64,000 nt of DNA from Lingula anatina (Eukaryota; Animalia; Brachiopoda): positions 18,972,001 through 19,036,000 of the forward strand of contig CM120645.1 in NCBI GenBank assembly GCA_051362555.1. The letters are read 5' to 3'. Position numbers and translations under genes: made by a program. Positions 49,066 to 60,268 of the stretch are shown here, piece after piece; the stretch's first letter is position 1; each line of letters opens with the position of its first letter. Under the pieces are notes generated by a model. That model saw only the letters and a list, made by a program, of their open reading frames with translations. It made no database searches and had not been told where the DNA came from.

Positions 49066-50494
49066 TTAAGAAATTTCACTGGATCAGTCCGAATTTTACT
49101 GGCAATCAGGTAGACATAGATTTTGGATTTTTTTCCACATGACAGTGACATAAAATGTTTGTCCACTTTTGAAATGTATATAGTCTGTGAGGTGACTGAG
49201 AATCATTTAAAATGTCATGAAAGGAGCACTATAAATTTAATATTATTTCAAGCAGTCTCTGTTGGCAAGGCCAGTATCCAGTATTTCTTTTCCAAAAAGG
49301 ACAACTATAGTGAGATTTTTTTCATGGCCTTGTCTTCTGCCCTGCTTATGTCATGCCACTCAGAAAAAAAGGAAAACCTGTATGTTAAAAAAACAACATA
49401 ATAATAGCATTATGAACTAGTAATATCCACGTAGACATTATGGAATTATGCAATGAAGTTTAATGTGTCATTGTTGTTATGACTTGACTGAAATAATGTT
49501 AACCTCATAAATGTACAATTTACAACTAAATTTGAAAGAAAATCAAGATTCATGATCACAGGCTCATAATCCCACGAAATTGAAAGAAATTGTACTTATT
49601 ACAAGAAATTAGATATCAAATTTATTTAAATCTGCCCTGGTTCCCACTCTTCTGACAGGACACAAAGGCATTTCAGAGAGGCCAGTCGCCAAAAAGGAAA
49701 ATGCCCAAGGTTGTTGTAGTTTGAAATTGGTTAAAAAATGTTAAAAAGCGTTCTGTTGTTAGTGAATGTTTCATGCATTGTAGGCATTACGGCAAAAGTA
49801 ACTTACCTCAGACACACTGACCTTTTTTCATTGATATTTTTGAATTCTTCCCAGCCTGATCATAATTCATATATTCAATGCAGCCTTCACCCATATCTTT
49901 AATAGAAAAAAAAACTTGATTTAAGTGCTTAGATATGCATGTCAGAATCATTATCAATTTTGAGAGAATTTCTCTTTCGCCATTGCAAGATGAAATATTT
50001 ACTTTAAAGTAATGAATAAACCTTAACAGAGTTCTATTCTTTTGTAACCACCAAGGCAAAGCTTCTTTTATAAAATGAACTGAAACATACAAGCTTGCCA
50101 CCTAACATACCAAAGTAAAAAAATATAATTACAGTAGGGAAGCAAGTACCCCTTAATTATAGAAGTCTCTTACACACCTTGACTCAAAGGGAGATGTGTA
50201 GTGAGATAACAGGAAAAGTAATTGGTGGAGCCTAGGTGAACTAAAAACCTTGTGACTTTAAATTAAGAAGCACTGGGATTCATATGTGTTTTTTCAAAGA
50301 TTTAACATTATTTGAAACATATATTTATATGTAAAAAGAGAAGTTAATAACCAATCCAAAGACATAAATCCAAGCTTCCTGTTTAACCGCCATGATGGAA
50401 ATGCTAGGTGGGGGCAAAACTTTTCCAGTCAAAACAAAATAACTGAGCACCTCACTTCTGTTGAAACTCCTTTACCTCATAGAGATATGGGATA

Positions 50495-50497
<3 letters not shown>

Positions 50498-50527
<30 letters not shown>
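50498..50527. repeat. (CT)n microsatellite
   Basis: Direct reading. Confidence 0.9.
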
Positions 50528-50529
<2 letters not shown>

Positions 50530-51700
50530 GGAGGGTGGGCTACTTTCTCGGGGATTTAAACCAAAAGAACATGAGTTATTCAAACTTATAATTAAATGTT
50601 TTTCTATTCCATATACAGGTAATAAACCGGCAAAACATTCAACAAATAATTTATTTTTGTGACACTTATGACACTTATGTACTGTATATAAGGAGGGCTT
50701 CGTCAGCCGACCTTTTGAAAAGCTGGTACTATACACATGTACTCTAACATAAGCTTTGGTTTGGGGTTGGTGTTTCCACTGTGATGACTATACTCTTTGT
50801 ATAGAAGAACTCATTTACCAGCAAACGTGGTTTTGTGCATCTCTGTACACGCACTCAAAAAAGACTGTGGACGTGTTCCAAAGCTACATGCTTTCCATGG
50901 CTACATATCCTGCAAAGCTACTTAACTCTCTTAATTCAGACCACAGAAACTACGATACTCCTAAAATAAAAAGCCCGCTGCCCTGGCGTTGATGCATGTA
51001 GTTCCTTTTTATATCTACAAGAAGACTGGTCAGTCATTTAGTACTAAATTATTTGATTTTAATCTAAAAAATAGAAAAATCTAATCCAATGGCAGGGACA
51101 AGTCGAACAATGATATATGAGTTGGAAAAAATTATTTTGCCGGGTAAAGAGTAGGCCTACTTTAAATTTCTCTTGGCGGGAGAAGAGGTCGATGCCAGTT
51201 ATTTTGAGGAAATTAGAATTGGTGAAAAAAAGCTGATCGTATATCCTTATTGCATTCCACAGTGAAGTATACCAGTATCTCGTCCTTGACCGTGCCCTTG
51301 TTACAGGTTTGGCATGAAGGTCGCTCGGGACTCGGGACGTTTTGCACATATCGCCAGCTATCAATTTGTGAAGAGTGAACATTTGTTCTGTTAATGCGAG
51401 TTTTATCGAGTGTCATACGAATGTAACGTAAAATACGGCCTTAAAATGCAATAAAATAGGTGCATGATTTAGGGATATATCTCCTGATCGAACTGTTCAT
51501 AATTATTTTTGCAATTACAGGAAAGACCCAGTGGCGGATTTGTGGTTAAAAAAAAAATAATTATAATAAATAAATAAATTAAAATAAAACTAACTTAGCT
51601 ATGCTGTTGGTAATCTTCCGAAACGTAGGCCTACATTCATTCGTTCTTCAGTATGGTAATTTTTGTTAATGCGCGGGGTTTATTGTAGTTTTATAATTAA

Positions 51701-52024
51701 AGGGATAATAACTCTTCGTTTTGGCCAAAAAATGAATTTTCCAGGAATAAACAACAATTTTCCCATACTTACCAATGGTTAATGAATCCATTTTTACATT
51801 CAAAGTTAGTCCCTGGTTTTTTTTTTAAAGTTTGGTTTTTTGTTAAAATCTCTTAAGAGATTTTTAACAGAGTATAGCCATCAATGGAGGTCACGTGGTC
51901 TAAAGACAAGCTCAGATATCAAACTGCCGTTTTTGTGGTAAAACAGAATATATTATATTTCTATGAGTTATTCACAATGTCTTTATTGTGAAATATAGAT
52001 CTCATATGAAGAGTTAGTATCCCT
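51701..52024 (-). mobile_element. TTAA-targeting MITE (Kolobok-like), copy 2
   Basis: TTAA|agggataataactcttc ... gaagagttagtatccct|TTAA; reverse complement of 7347-7683 with a short internal deletion. Confidence 0.8.
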
Positions 52025-52997
52025 TTAACTAGTAATTCCACCAAAACCACACTAGTTTTTATACCAACAGCAGATGAGGCACAAAACACGTATTCACTCG
52101 CTTTATTTCCAACTCCTCGCGCAAGCAATTATAATAAAAAGCTTGTTCACAACATTATACCGGCATTTAAACACAACTGCTCTTTTCACTGTTGATACCA
52201 TCATCATGTTTTGACATATTCTTTTGGCTTTTCAAAATGATGTTTTTCATGCTGGTTGAAATAATTATTCGTTTTTTTACACTGTTTTCGACGAAATATA
52301 ATCATGGTGTAATAAAAAGTTGCATAAATTCTTCATGTACCCCGGGTTTTGAAGCCTTTTTAAAACTCATTTCGTACGCCCTTGCCAATATTGAATTGTT
52401 GAAACTATGCTGGGCAAAGAAAAGGCACAACCAGTCCTATAATAAACACAGGGTGATCTCGGAATAATAAGAGAGCGTGTATATCGGGAAGAATATTCAT
52501 ACCAATATCATTTGCATAGTGCTTCCAGCTGAAGACTGAACGACGCTATAAAAGCATGATGCCAACCCCGCTGGGTTCACCCTTCTTGTTCTTTTTCACG
52601 GCTGCGCTTGTCATTCTAGTGAGAAACGAGTACTATGCGTATGCCGACCAAGTAAGTATTTAATATTCAATTTGAAATGAACGATTAAAGGCACAGTAGT
52701 TGATTTATTTGTGAGAAGTACGACCGGACCACTCGGCGGTGAGGATTTTGATCGCCTTTTCTCTTAATGTCCACTGTCAATTTCATCTATAATATTCCAA
52801 ACGCTTCTTTCGAATAACCCTTTCGGCACTTCTAAGGGACAGAGAACGAACGGCAAATGGTGTGAATAATGCTTGAACCCTGTATCTAGTAAAACAGATC
52901 ACCTATCTGTATCAAATTTAAGACACCACTTCTAAATTGTTCTTCCATTTTTGACAGTACTGCAAGAAACAAACATAAAACATAAACAAAGGATCAC

Positions 52998-54608
52998 GTG
53001 CATTTGATTAAATGGAATACACGCTTTTTATGGAAATTACCTAACGAATCGGGTTTCCTGAGTGGACACAGCACAGAATATCAATTGCTATCGATTGATA
53101 TTCTGATTAGGGACAATTTCAGAAATGGTCTTGATACTAGAGGTATTTTCCTCGATTTTGCTGCTGCATTTGACAGCGTACCTCACAGTCTCCTATTGCT
53201 GAAACTTATATCCTATGGTTTTAGAGGTAAACTGCACTCTCTCTTGGCCTCTTATCTGAGCAATAGGAAAATCAGAGTACGCATAAACGGTACCCTTTCA
53301 AAGGTCTCAGAGACAAACTTCATCAATACCAGTGTTCCGCAAGGAAGTATACTCGGCCCGCTTCTATTTCTTCTGTATATAAACGACCTACCTGACGGTC
53401 TTATCTCGCACTGCTTTATATATGCTGATGATACTTCGATCTTTTTCCCGTCTACCCCGGAGAACAGGAAAGCTCATGATATTCTCCAGTCTGACATTTC
53501 ATACCTTGAAGCATGGTCAGTGAAGTGGAAATTATTTTTTAAACCAAAAAAGTGCAATGAAGTGATTTTTACTACGAAAAAAGAAAATGTAGAAAAGTAC
53601 AGTCCACTTCTTCTATGCAACACGGCTATATCACAGGAAAAATACCACAAACACCTTGGGTTTATTCTTGATCATAAACTTGACTGTTCCGAGCATATTG
53701 TTATATATACTTTAAGCAAGGCGCAAAGTGCACTAAATCCTTTAAAATCGCTTTCTAAAACTCTACGATCTAAGCATCTTAACATACTTTATAATGCGTA
53801 CATTTCTCCTTTGCTTGATTATTGTGATGTTCTCTATAGCTCTGCGTCTCTACATAACCTATCAAGGCTATCCTCCCTCCAGTATCAAGCTGGCCTTAAT
53901 ATACTGGGGGCCCTTCCTGGCTCAAATCGCTGTAAAGTACTGAAACAGCTGAACTGGGTTTCACTAGAGGAACGTCGAAGAAACCACGCGAAAAAAATTA
54001 TGTTTAATATCCACAATCAACTAGCACCTTCCTATGTCTCTACCTATTTCATCCCGTTTAGAAATAAATCCATGCTACCCCTACGAACAACATCTAAAAG
54101 AGACTACATTATTCCCTCTAAATTTACATACAAAGGTCCTGAACATTTTTTGATGACAAGCTGGGATGAACTAAATACCACTCAAAAAAATCTTCCTTCT
54201 GCATCCTCCCTCAAATATAACCTTAGAAATGAAACCTTCCCAGCAACAATGTCCACCACCCATCTGAAGCTTCCGAGACAAAATGAAAAAATCCTAAATA
54301 AGGCCCGGGTCGATTTGTTATTTAGAGCCCAACTATATGACCACAACTGGACAGCTATGGCTTCTCCCAACTGTTTATGTGGGAAACCCGAAACCATTCG
54401 ACATTTTTTCTTTCAATGCCCACTGAAACTGAGGAAATATCGCGATCTCTACGAATCTGTTGAAGATACACTTGGTGTAACTTACTCATATTTCAGAACC
54501 CAACTAGATAAGATATCCCTCTTCCTACATGGCCATAAAACACTAACATCTGGACAAAACGACAAAATTTTTGAAATAGTGTCTGATTTCTTAATTAAAA
54601 ATGTCTGA
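52998..54608 (+). CDS. LINE ORF2 reverse-transcriptase fragment (uninterrupted; first 17 codons are flanking host DNA)
   Basis: SGF..GHST, FLDFAAAFDSVPH, VPQGSILGPLLFLLYINDL, YADD, KHLG motifs; C-terminal CLCGKPETIRHFFFQC zinc knuckle; no endonuclease domain. Confidence 0.9.
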   Translation: MHLIKWNTRFLWKLPNESGFLSGHSTEYQLLSIDILIRDNFRNGLDTRGIFLDFAAAFDSVPHSLLLLKLISYGFRGKLHSLLASYLSNRKIRVRINGTLSKVSETNFINTSVPQGSILGPLLFLLYINDLPDGLISHCFIYADDTSIFFPSTPENRKAHDILQSDISYLEAWSVKWKLFFKPKKCNEVIFTTKKENVEKYSPLLLCNTAISQEKYHKHLGFILDHKLDCSEHIVIYTLSKAQSALNPLKSLSKTLRSKHLNILYNAYISPLLDYCDVLYSSASLHNLSRLSSLQYQAGLNILGALPGSNRCKVLKQLNWVSLEERRRNHAKKIMFNIHNQLAPSYVSTYFIPFRNKSMLPLRTTSKRDYIIPSKFTYKGPEHFLMTSWDELNTTQKNLPSASSLKYNLRNETFPATMSTTHLKLPRQNEKILNKARVDLLFRAQLYDHNWTAMASPNCLCGKPETIRHFFFQCPLKLRKYRDLYESVEDTLGVTYSYFRTQLDKISLFLHGHKTLTSGQNDKIFEIVSDFLIKNV

Positions 54609-54755
54609 ATCTTCCTCCATTTCTGTTCTGGCGCCTACCACTCACTCCTGATGGCCTATTGCCCCTCCCCTCATAATTACCTCCCCCCCCCCCCATGCCC
54701 TGTCCCTCACTCCCCTCTAATGCCACTCATGTTCTCGTCACTGCCTTTCCTTGAA

Positions 54756-54812
<57 letters not shown>

Positions 54813-54917
54813 ATTCCAATGGTGAGCATATAATGCCTAGGCGAATTGCCACCTTTATTTATACTGTATCAATATTTAACCCTCTTGAGAATAAAGATGT
54901 TTAAAAAAAAAAAAAAA
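53049..54917 (+). mobile_element. 5'-truncated non-LTR retrotransposon (LINE; CR1/L2-group-like RT) with poly-A tail and 10-bp TSD
   Basis: TSD ACCTAACGAA at 53039-53048 and 54918-54927; AATAAA at ~54890; pure poly-A at 54903-54917; 3' UTR contains (TTA)n. Confidence 0.93.
54756..54810. repeat. (TTA)n microsatellite in LINE 3' UTR
   Basis: Direct reading. Confidence 0.95.
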
Positions 54918-56694
54918 ACCTAACGAAAACTATGGAAATTAGCTGCACAACTTTGAGTGCATTTTGTTTTTGTTCTTTATTTTCGAATTTTTTTCATAAC
55001 TTTGACAGTATGGAAGAATATTAAATTAAATGTAAAGCCAAAAGTGACTGAATGCCATGTCTACATGGACGAGACTGCAGAGGGGTGCTGGAAAGTATGT
55101 AGAGCCTACAACACGGATACCGCACGCTGTGCACAATGTTTTCCATTATCTTTCTTATTATCATTATTATTACTTTCTATTCAATTTCATTTTATATTGT
55201 TCCTTTTTATATTATCTAATTTTATTCTACTTCATTGTTTCTTTTTCTCCCCTTTTTTTAGATTACTGAAAAAGCCGCTGCACCTAGCTCGTATTAGAGA
55301 AAAAAATTTTGGCATTTCTTTAAGGCATATGACGCAAATGATGACGGAGAAGTGGACCATCACGAGTTCGTTGATTTAACGGCCGAAAGAGGTGCCAAAT
55401 TACCTTCGTGGAGAGTTAAAGCAGTGAAAGGATTTATGGAAAGCATATGGGTGACTTACTGGTGTAACGAGTTTACTCATTTCAAGAGCACATTCCAAAT
55501 CAAGGACTTCGTCGACATATCCTCTCGCAATATGTACAGGATTACACCATGGAAGACACTGGGCTTGACTGGTGTGAGGAATGGTTCCACATCATAGATG
55601 AAGACTGCAGTGGCGCGATTTCCATTAATGAATATTCGGTATTTCTTGTTATTTTTCGGAACGATCCGGCTTCGTTCGTTGTCTCATTCAATGCAACGGA
55701 CAGAGATGGAAATGGGATGATAAGTAATGAAGAGTTTATTAATGGGTGCGAGCATTTTTACCACGAAAATGAGGAATCCCCAGCATCACTTTTCTACGGA
55801 GATAAAAGAATAATGACTTAAAGTCACTCTGATCATTGTTCTTTTTCTTTTTGTGAGAAATAAATAAAATATATTTTGTCATGATGAAGCTGACATGTTA
55901 CGTACTCTTGTTTGTGTATTCCCAACAGAAATTGCGAGATGTTGATAACAATACAAACTGTAGGCACGTAAACAATGGTTTACGACCTTTGATCTTTCTT
56001 TGATCTTTCAACGCGTTTCCCATACAAATATTTTAGTAACTTTTGTAGTTCACACAGTAATATTTGAATTCAAAAACGCATTTTTTCTTTATATATTCGT
56101 TTTGATATTTTACTATTTTAATATGCCCACCACTACCAGAAAAGAAAAGAAAGAAATTAAAGAAAGAAAAAACTTTTAATTTGTAATCACTGAACTCCTC
56201 CTAAACGCATTGTTTTCTACTTGAAACACTCCAGCTGGATGCGACTGATGAGGACCGTTCGGAAGGCTGAACAAGCATTAGGCCCTTAATACATTTAGCA
56301 AGTCCTTGCACGCCTTTATTTGTGATATTTTTTGTTGTTGTCCCTTTTTCCCAGGAAATGGCAAGGTCCAGGATTTAGCTAAGTGGTTGATTGGGGCACA
56401 ATAAAAAACCGGAAAATAAAAATATCAAGGCCAAGGGCGCTAATAGGGGCATCACTGGGAATAAAACAATATAACGTACTTCTTCTAGGGAGAGAGTAAT
56501 TAAGATTTTATAGGAAAACATTTTATAAGTTCTCTCAAATGCTTTGACTGATTCGATTGTTTAGTTTGTTTTTCTAGTTTATAATTATCCTTCACCCTTA
56601 ACCAGCGCGCAAACCCCTCAAAGCGAACCCCACCCACCCAGCCTCTAGACTACAAAACAGTAGGGGCCTACATACCGGTAGATTACATACACAG

Positions 56695-56965
56695 ACTAGA
56701 AAAGCACTCAGAGAGCGCAGACCTCCACCAAGGCAGAAAAGTCTCCATCCAATGTTTCACCCCTAAATTTTCGATATTTTTGATTATTGATTGATTATGG
56801 ATCCGGATCACCACCAAAAACTCATCATCTGTTCCCTGGCCCACTTCTGACAGTTCCTGAAAATTCCATAAAAATTGGTCCATAACTTTTTGAGTTATGA
56901 TGATGACAGACAAACAAACAACAAACAAAGAGGGTGAAAACATAACCTCCTTGGCGGAGGTAATT
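56695..56965 (+). mobile_element. HINE/pearl-type non-autonomous Helentron-like element
   Basis: Starts actagaaaagcactcagagagcgcagacctccaccaagg; subterminal inverted repeat (acctccaccaagg / ccttggcggaggt); (ACAA/ACAG)n tract; terminal palindrome acctccttggcggaggt. Confidence 0.75.
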
Positions 56966-57175
56966 AAGATCTTTTGTTTTATGAATCATACTAGATTTTT
57001 GCAAAGAAGCTTGGCTAACCATTTCCAATAAGCCTCTTAAATTCCTGCAAAAGGTTTTTATGTCATGCGCAGGAAAGTGCTTAACGGAATGGAATATGGT
57101 TATTGATTAGTTTAGTTGTTGTGTGTGCCAGCTGATTCAATGTTTGGAGAGGGCGCTACATTCGCTATGAGACTG

Positions 57176-57199
57176 TGACGTCACCACTGTCGCCATCTT
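57176..57199 (+). promoter_or_regulatory. Putative OTUD5 core promoter: CRE palindrome plus YY1-type motif
   Basis: TGACGTCA at 57176-57183 and CGCCATCTT at 57191-57199, 110-135 bp upstream of the ATG. Confidence 0.55.
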
Positions 57200-57310
57200 A
57201 CCAGAAAATCCAAGAGAGAGAAACTTGGGTGAAAAATATCTCGAATACCTGTTTGTAAGCTCTTAAATTGTTTACTCGTCTGCACAAATTAATATCTCAA
57301 GCATCACAGA

Positions 57311-60203
57311 ATGACAATCTTGCCCAAAAAGAAGCAAGCAAAGGAGAAGAATGAACAAGAATCGGGTGAACATTCACAAAGTCATATTCACGGTCACAGC
57401 TCAACAACTGTTAGCGAGCAAAGGGCAGGAAGGGCCCGAAATTCACCCCCTAGATGGACTCATACTAGCTCTAGAGACAGTAAATTAACAACCCACGACC
57501 CAGGAGGGACGTTTGAAGAGTTTGAATCCCGAGAAGGGAGCTCTAGTCATAATAAAAGGCGTCACAGATCTCCCACCCACAGTCACAGAAGTAGAAAGCA
57601 AAGGAGCGAGTCTCGGCCGCACAGAGAGGCGACAGGGCTCTCGTCACATCCTAGCTGTAGCTCACAAAATACTGCTGATAATGAAGAGTTAAATGAAGGA
57701 TATAATAGTGAAGATGAATATACCACACCCAAATGTCGGGAAAATCTAGAAGAGGTACACCTGAAGTGGGAGTGTTGAAATATTTATGTTATTATTATAA
57801 AATCAAACCCATACAAGTAGCTGTAAATTACAGGTTTAGTTAGGAATTCAGATAATTTGCAGTTCAGTTTTTGTATACTGCCCATATGTGTGATATGTTA
57901 CATATTTCTGTACATGATGAACTGTTTGTCTGGTCGTCTCTTAGAAAGGCATGTAGCCAAGAAAAGGCATGCTCCATGTAAATTTGATCTAGGTATGCAT
58001 AGGTTTCATAGTATAAGGTTCACTTTTTCCCAAAAAGGACCTATTCTTTAAAATTGCTGGCTGTGGTCTGCTCTAGAAGGGCAACCTGGTTTTTCCCTTT
58101 TCATTAATCAGGCTTCATAATCATGTGTTTGACAATAGAAAATGATATTATAAATGAGATCAAGGGTTTTCCCAGCAAACCGTCTAGCCATCATTTGGAC
58201 GGCCACCAGCATCACTGGATGGCCTATAGTTTCAAAGACGGCTGGACAGGTTATGGATTTTTGGGAAATGTGATGGCTTTAGGCATACTTGGACTTCCTG
58301 AAATTTTAAAAGAAATTACAGGTGGTAATTGGATGACCTGTATGTCTGTACTCCTAATCGTGGGAAAAACCCCTAAATGAGATAAAGGATAAAATGCACG
58401 TTTTATTAGATTTTTCAGACCCTTGCATGTGGATATTGTATGGCTAGATGTCTAGAATTGATAAATATTGCCTTATATTTACATCTTTCTCTTTCTCAGT
58501 TAGAACAGTGGTTTGAGGCTGCACTGCAGAAGAAGCGACACTTTGCTATCAAAAAGATGAAGGAAGATGGAGCTTGTTTATTTCGAGCTGTTTGTAAGTA
58601 ACGCGTACATATTATTTATGAACATTTGCACAGAAAAGGTTGATTTTATTGGAAATTTGGACTATTTTGAAACAGTACTCAGAACCTTTCATAGAATTAA
58701 TCTTTTATTTTTAGCATTATAGCATTCTATCCCAAATACATCCCTGTATAAGATTAGTAGAGGAAATTTCTGGTTTCAGATTTTATTTTTCTCTTATTGC
58801 TCACTGATTTTTATTTTATTATTATTTTTTTCAGCTGACCAAGTGTATGGCGACCAGGAGATGCATTCATTAGTAAGAAAGCAATGTATAGACTACATGG
58901 TAAGACCCTTAAGACAAAATAGTGGAATATGTATGTCCATTGTAACCCTTAAGCAGAACCTTAGGCTCTATTCCCATAGATTTTAGATCAATCTATCCCC
59001 GCGGGGAGTCTCACTAGATTGCTTTCAGATAATCCGACTTAAATGTCCGTCCCGCCTACTAAAAGCTGTAAGGGATAATTAACTTTCGTGTCTGCCCGGC
59101 TGACAGCTATTTAGCGTGAACCCCAGGGAGTTAGGTCGATCTAAAGTAGGTTGATCTAATCTATGGAAATGGGGTGTAAATGTTTTCCTCACCACAGTTA
59201 CTAGCCCACCTATGGAGACCCAAGTAAACTATTATTTGACTCTATGTTTAAGGGACCATTAACAATGAGTTACGTCGACCTAGTTTTTGTGGACTAAATC
59301 CACAGGGATTCTCTCTGAAACAGTCACATTAAAAGACTAACATGCCTCCTCCTGGCATTGAGATTACAGAGAAGTTGGTGATTATATGAGTACTTTGGAA
59401 CCAAGAGGAGACATGCTAGTCTGTTAATTTGATTGATTGCAGCAAGAGTCCCCATGGAGTTAGGTCTGAAAGGTCCCTAAGACAGCCAGTCACATTTGCT
59501 GTTGCTTGTTAATTACTAATGTAGTAATGTGAAGTGGTCTCTGAATGTCTGGAAGCCTTTGCCTTTTGCCCGATTCCTTAATTATATAAAAAATTTTAAC
59601 ACGTAAACGGGTTTTATTTAAACACTGAACTTAATTTTCAGATGAAAAATGCAGACTATTTTTCTAATTATGTCACGGAGGATTTTACAACTTATCTTAA
59701 CCGCAAAAGACTAGATAGTTGCCATGGTAACCATGTAGAAATGCAGGCAATGTCCGAGTTATACAATAGGCCTATAGAAGTTTACAAGTACACAACAAGT
59801 GAGTGGCAAAAATTATTTGATTGATCTTGTAAGAGCAATTTTAGATTGCACCAGTTATTTGACAAAATATTCATGTGGAATTTTATCATTTTTGCTTGGA
59901 CATAACCAGTGAAACTTTGTTTATTATTAGTTGAATTGAAAAGGATAATTATTGTTTTTAATTTTTTTATTCAAAGAACATTATCAAATTCTGCTTTTTT
60001 TTTTTTTTTTCAGCACAAATCCAAGTGTTCCAATTCCAGGTTCAGTCCAAAGCACCCAATCTCTCACATTCTCCTATTTCTTATTGCCTCCTTTGGGCCC
60101 ATAAATCCACAACACCTCCCCCAACTGTATCCATTCTGTGAATTTGTCAACAGTGTTACCCAGGAAATCCTGCTTAGCTTTTGGTTCATTAATTTTATTA
60201 TTA

Positions 60204-60268
<65 letters not shown>

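Larger units (their letters stand above)
52556..55821 (+). pseudogene. Disabled EF-hand gene of the SCP/aequorin-like family
   Basis: Main exon 55262-55821 reads ITEKAAAPSSY*RKKFWHFFKAYDANDDGEVDHHE..., with a frameshift near 55520-55550, then DEDCSGAISINE and DRDGNGMISNEE loops and a C-terminal LFYG. AATAAA near 55860. Upstream exons 52556-52651 (GTAAGT donor) and 55009-55093 are tentative and their phases do not join cleanly. Confidence 0.75.

Noticed and set aside
52998-53048. N-terminus MHLIKWNTRFLWKLPNE as a true RT start or domesticated RT gene
   Set aside because: It begins at GTG and lies outside the element, up to and including the TSD; the frame is open by chance.
55549-55821. 90-aa two-EF-hand ORF as a stand-alone functional gene or a photoprotein
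   Set aside because: It is the frameshifted 3' half of a larger SCP-like exon, and nothing in the sequence specifically supports luminescence.
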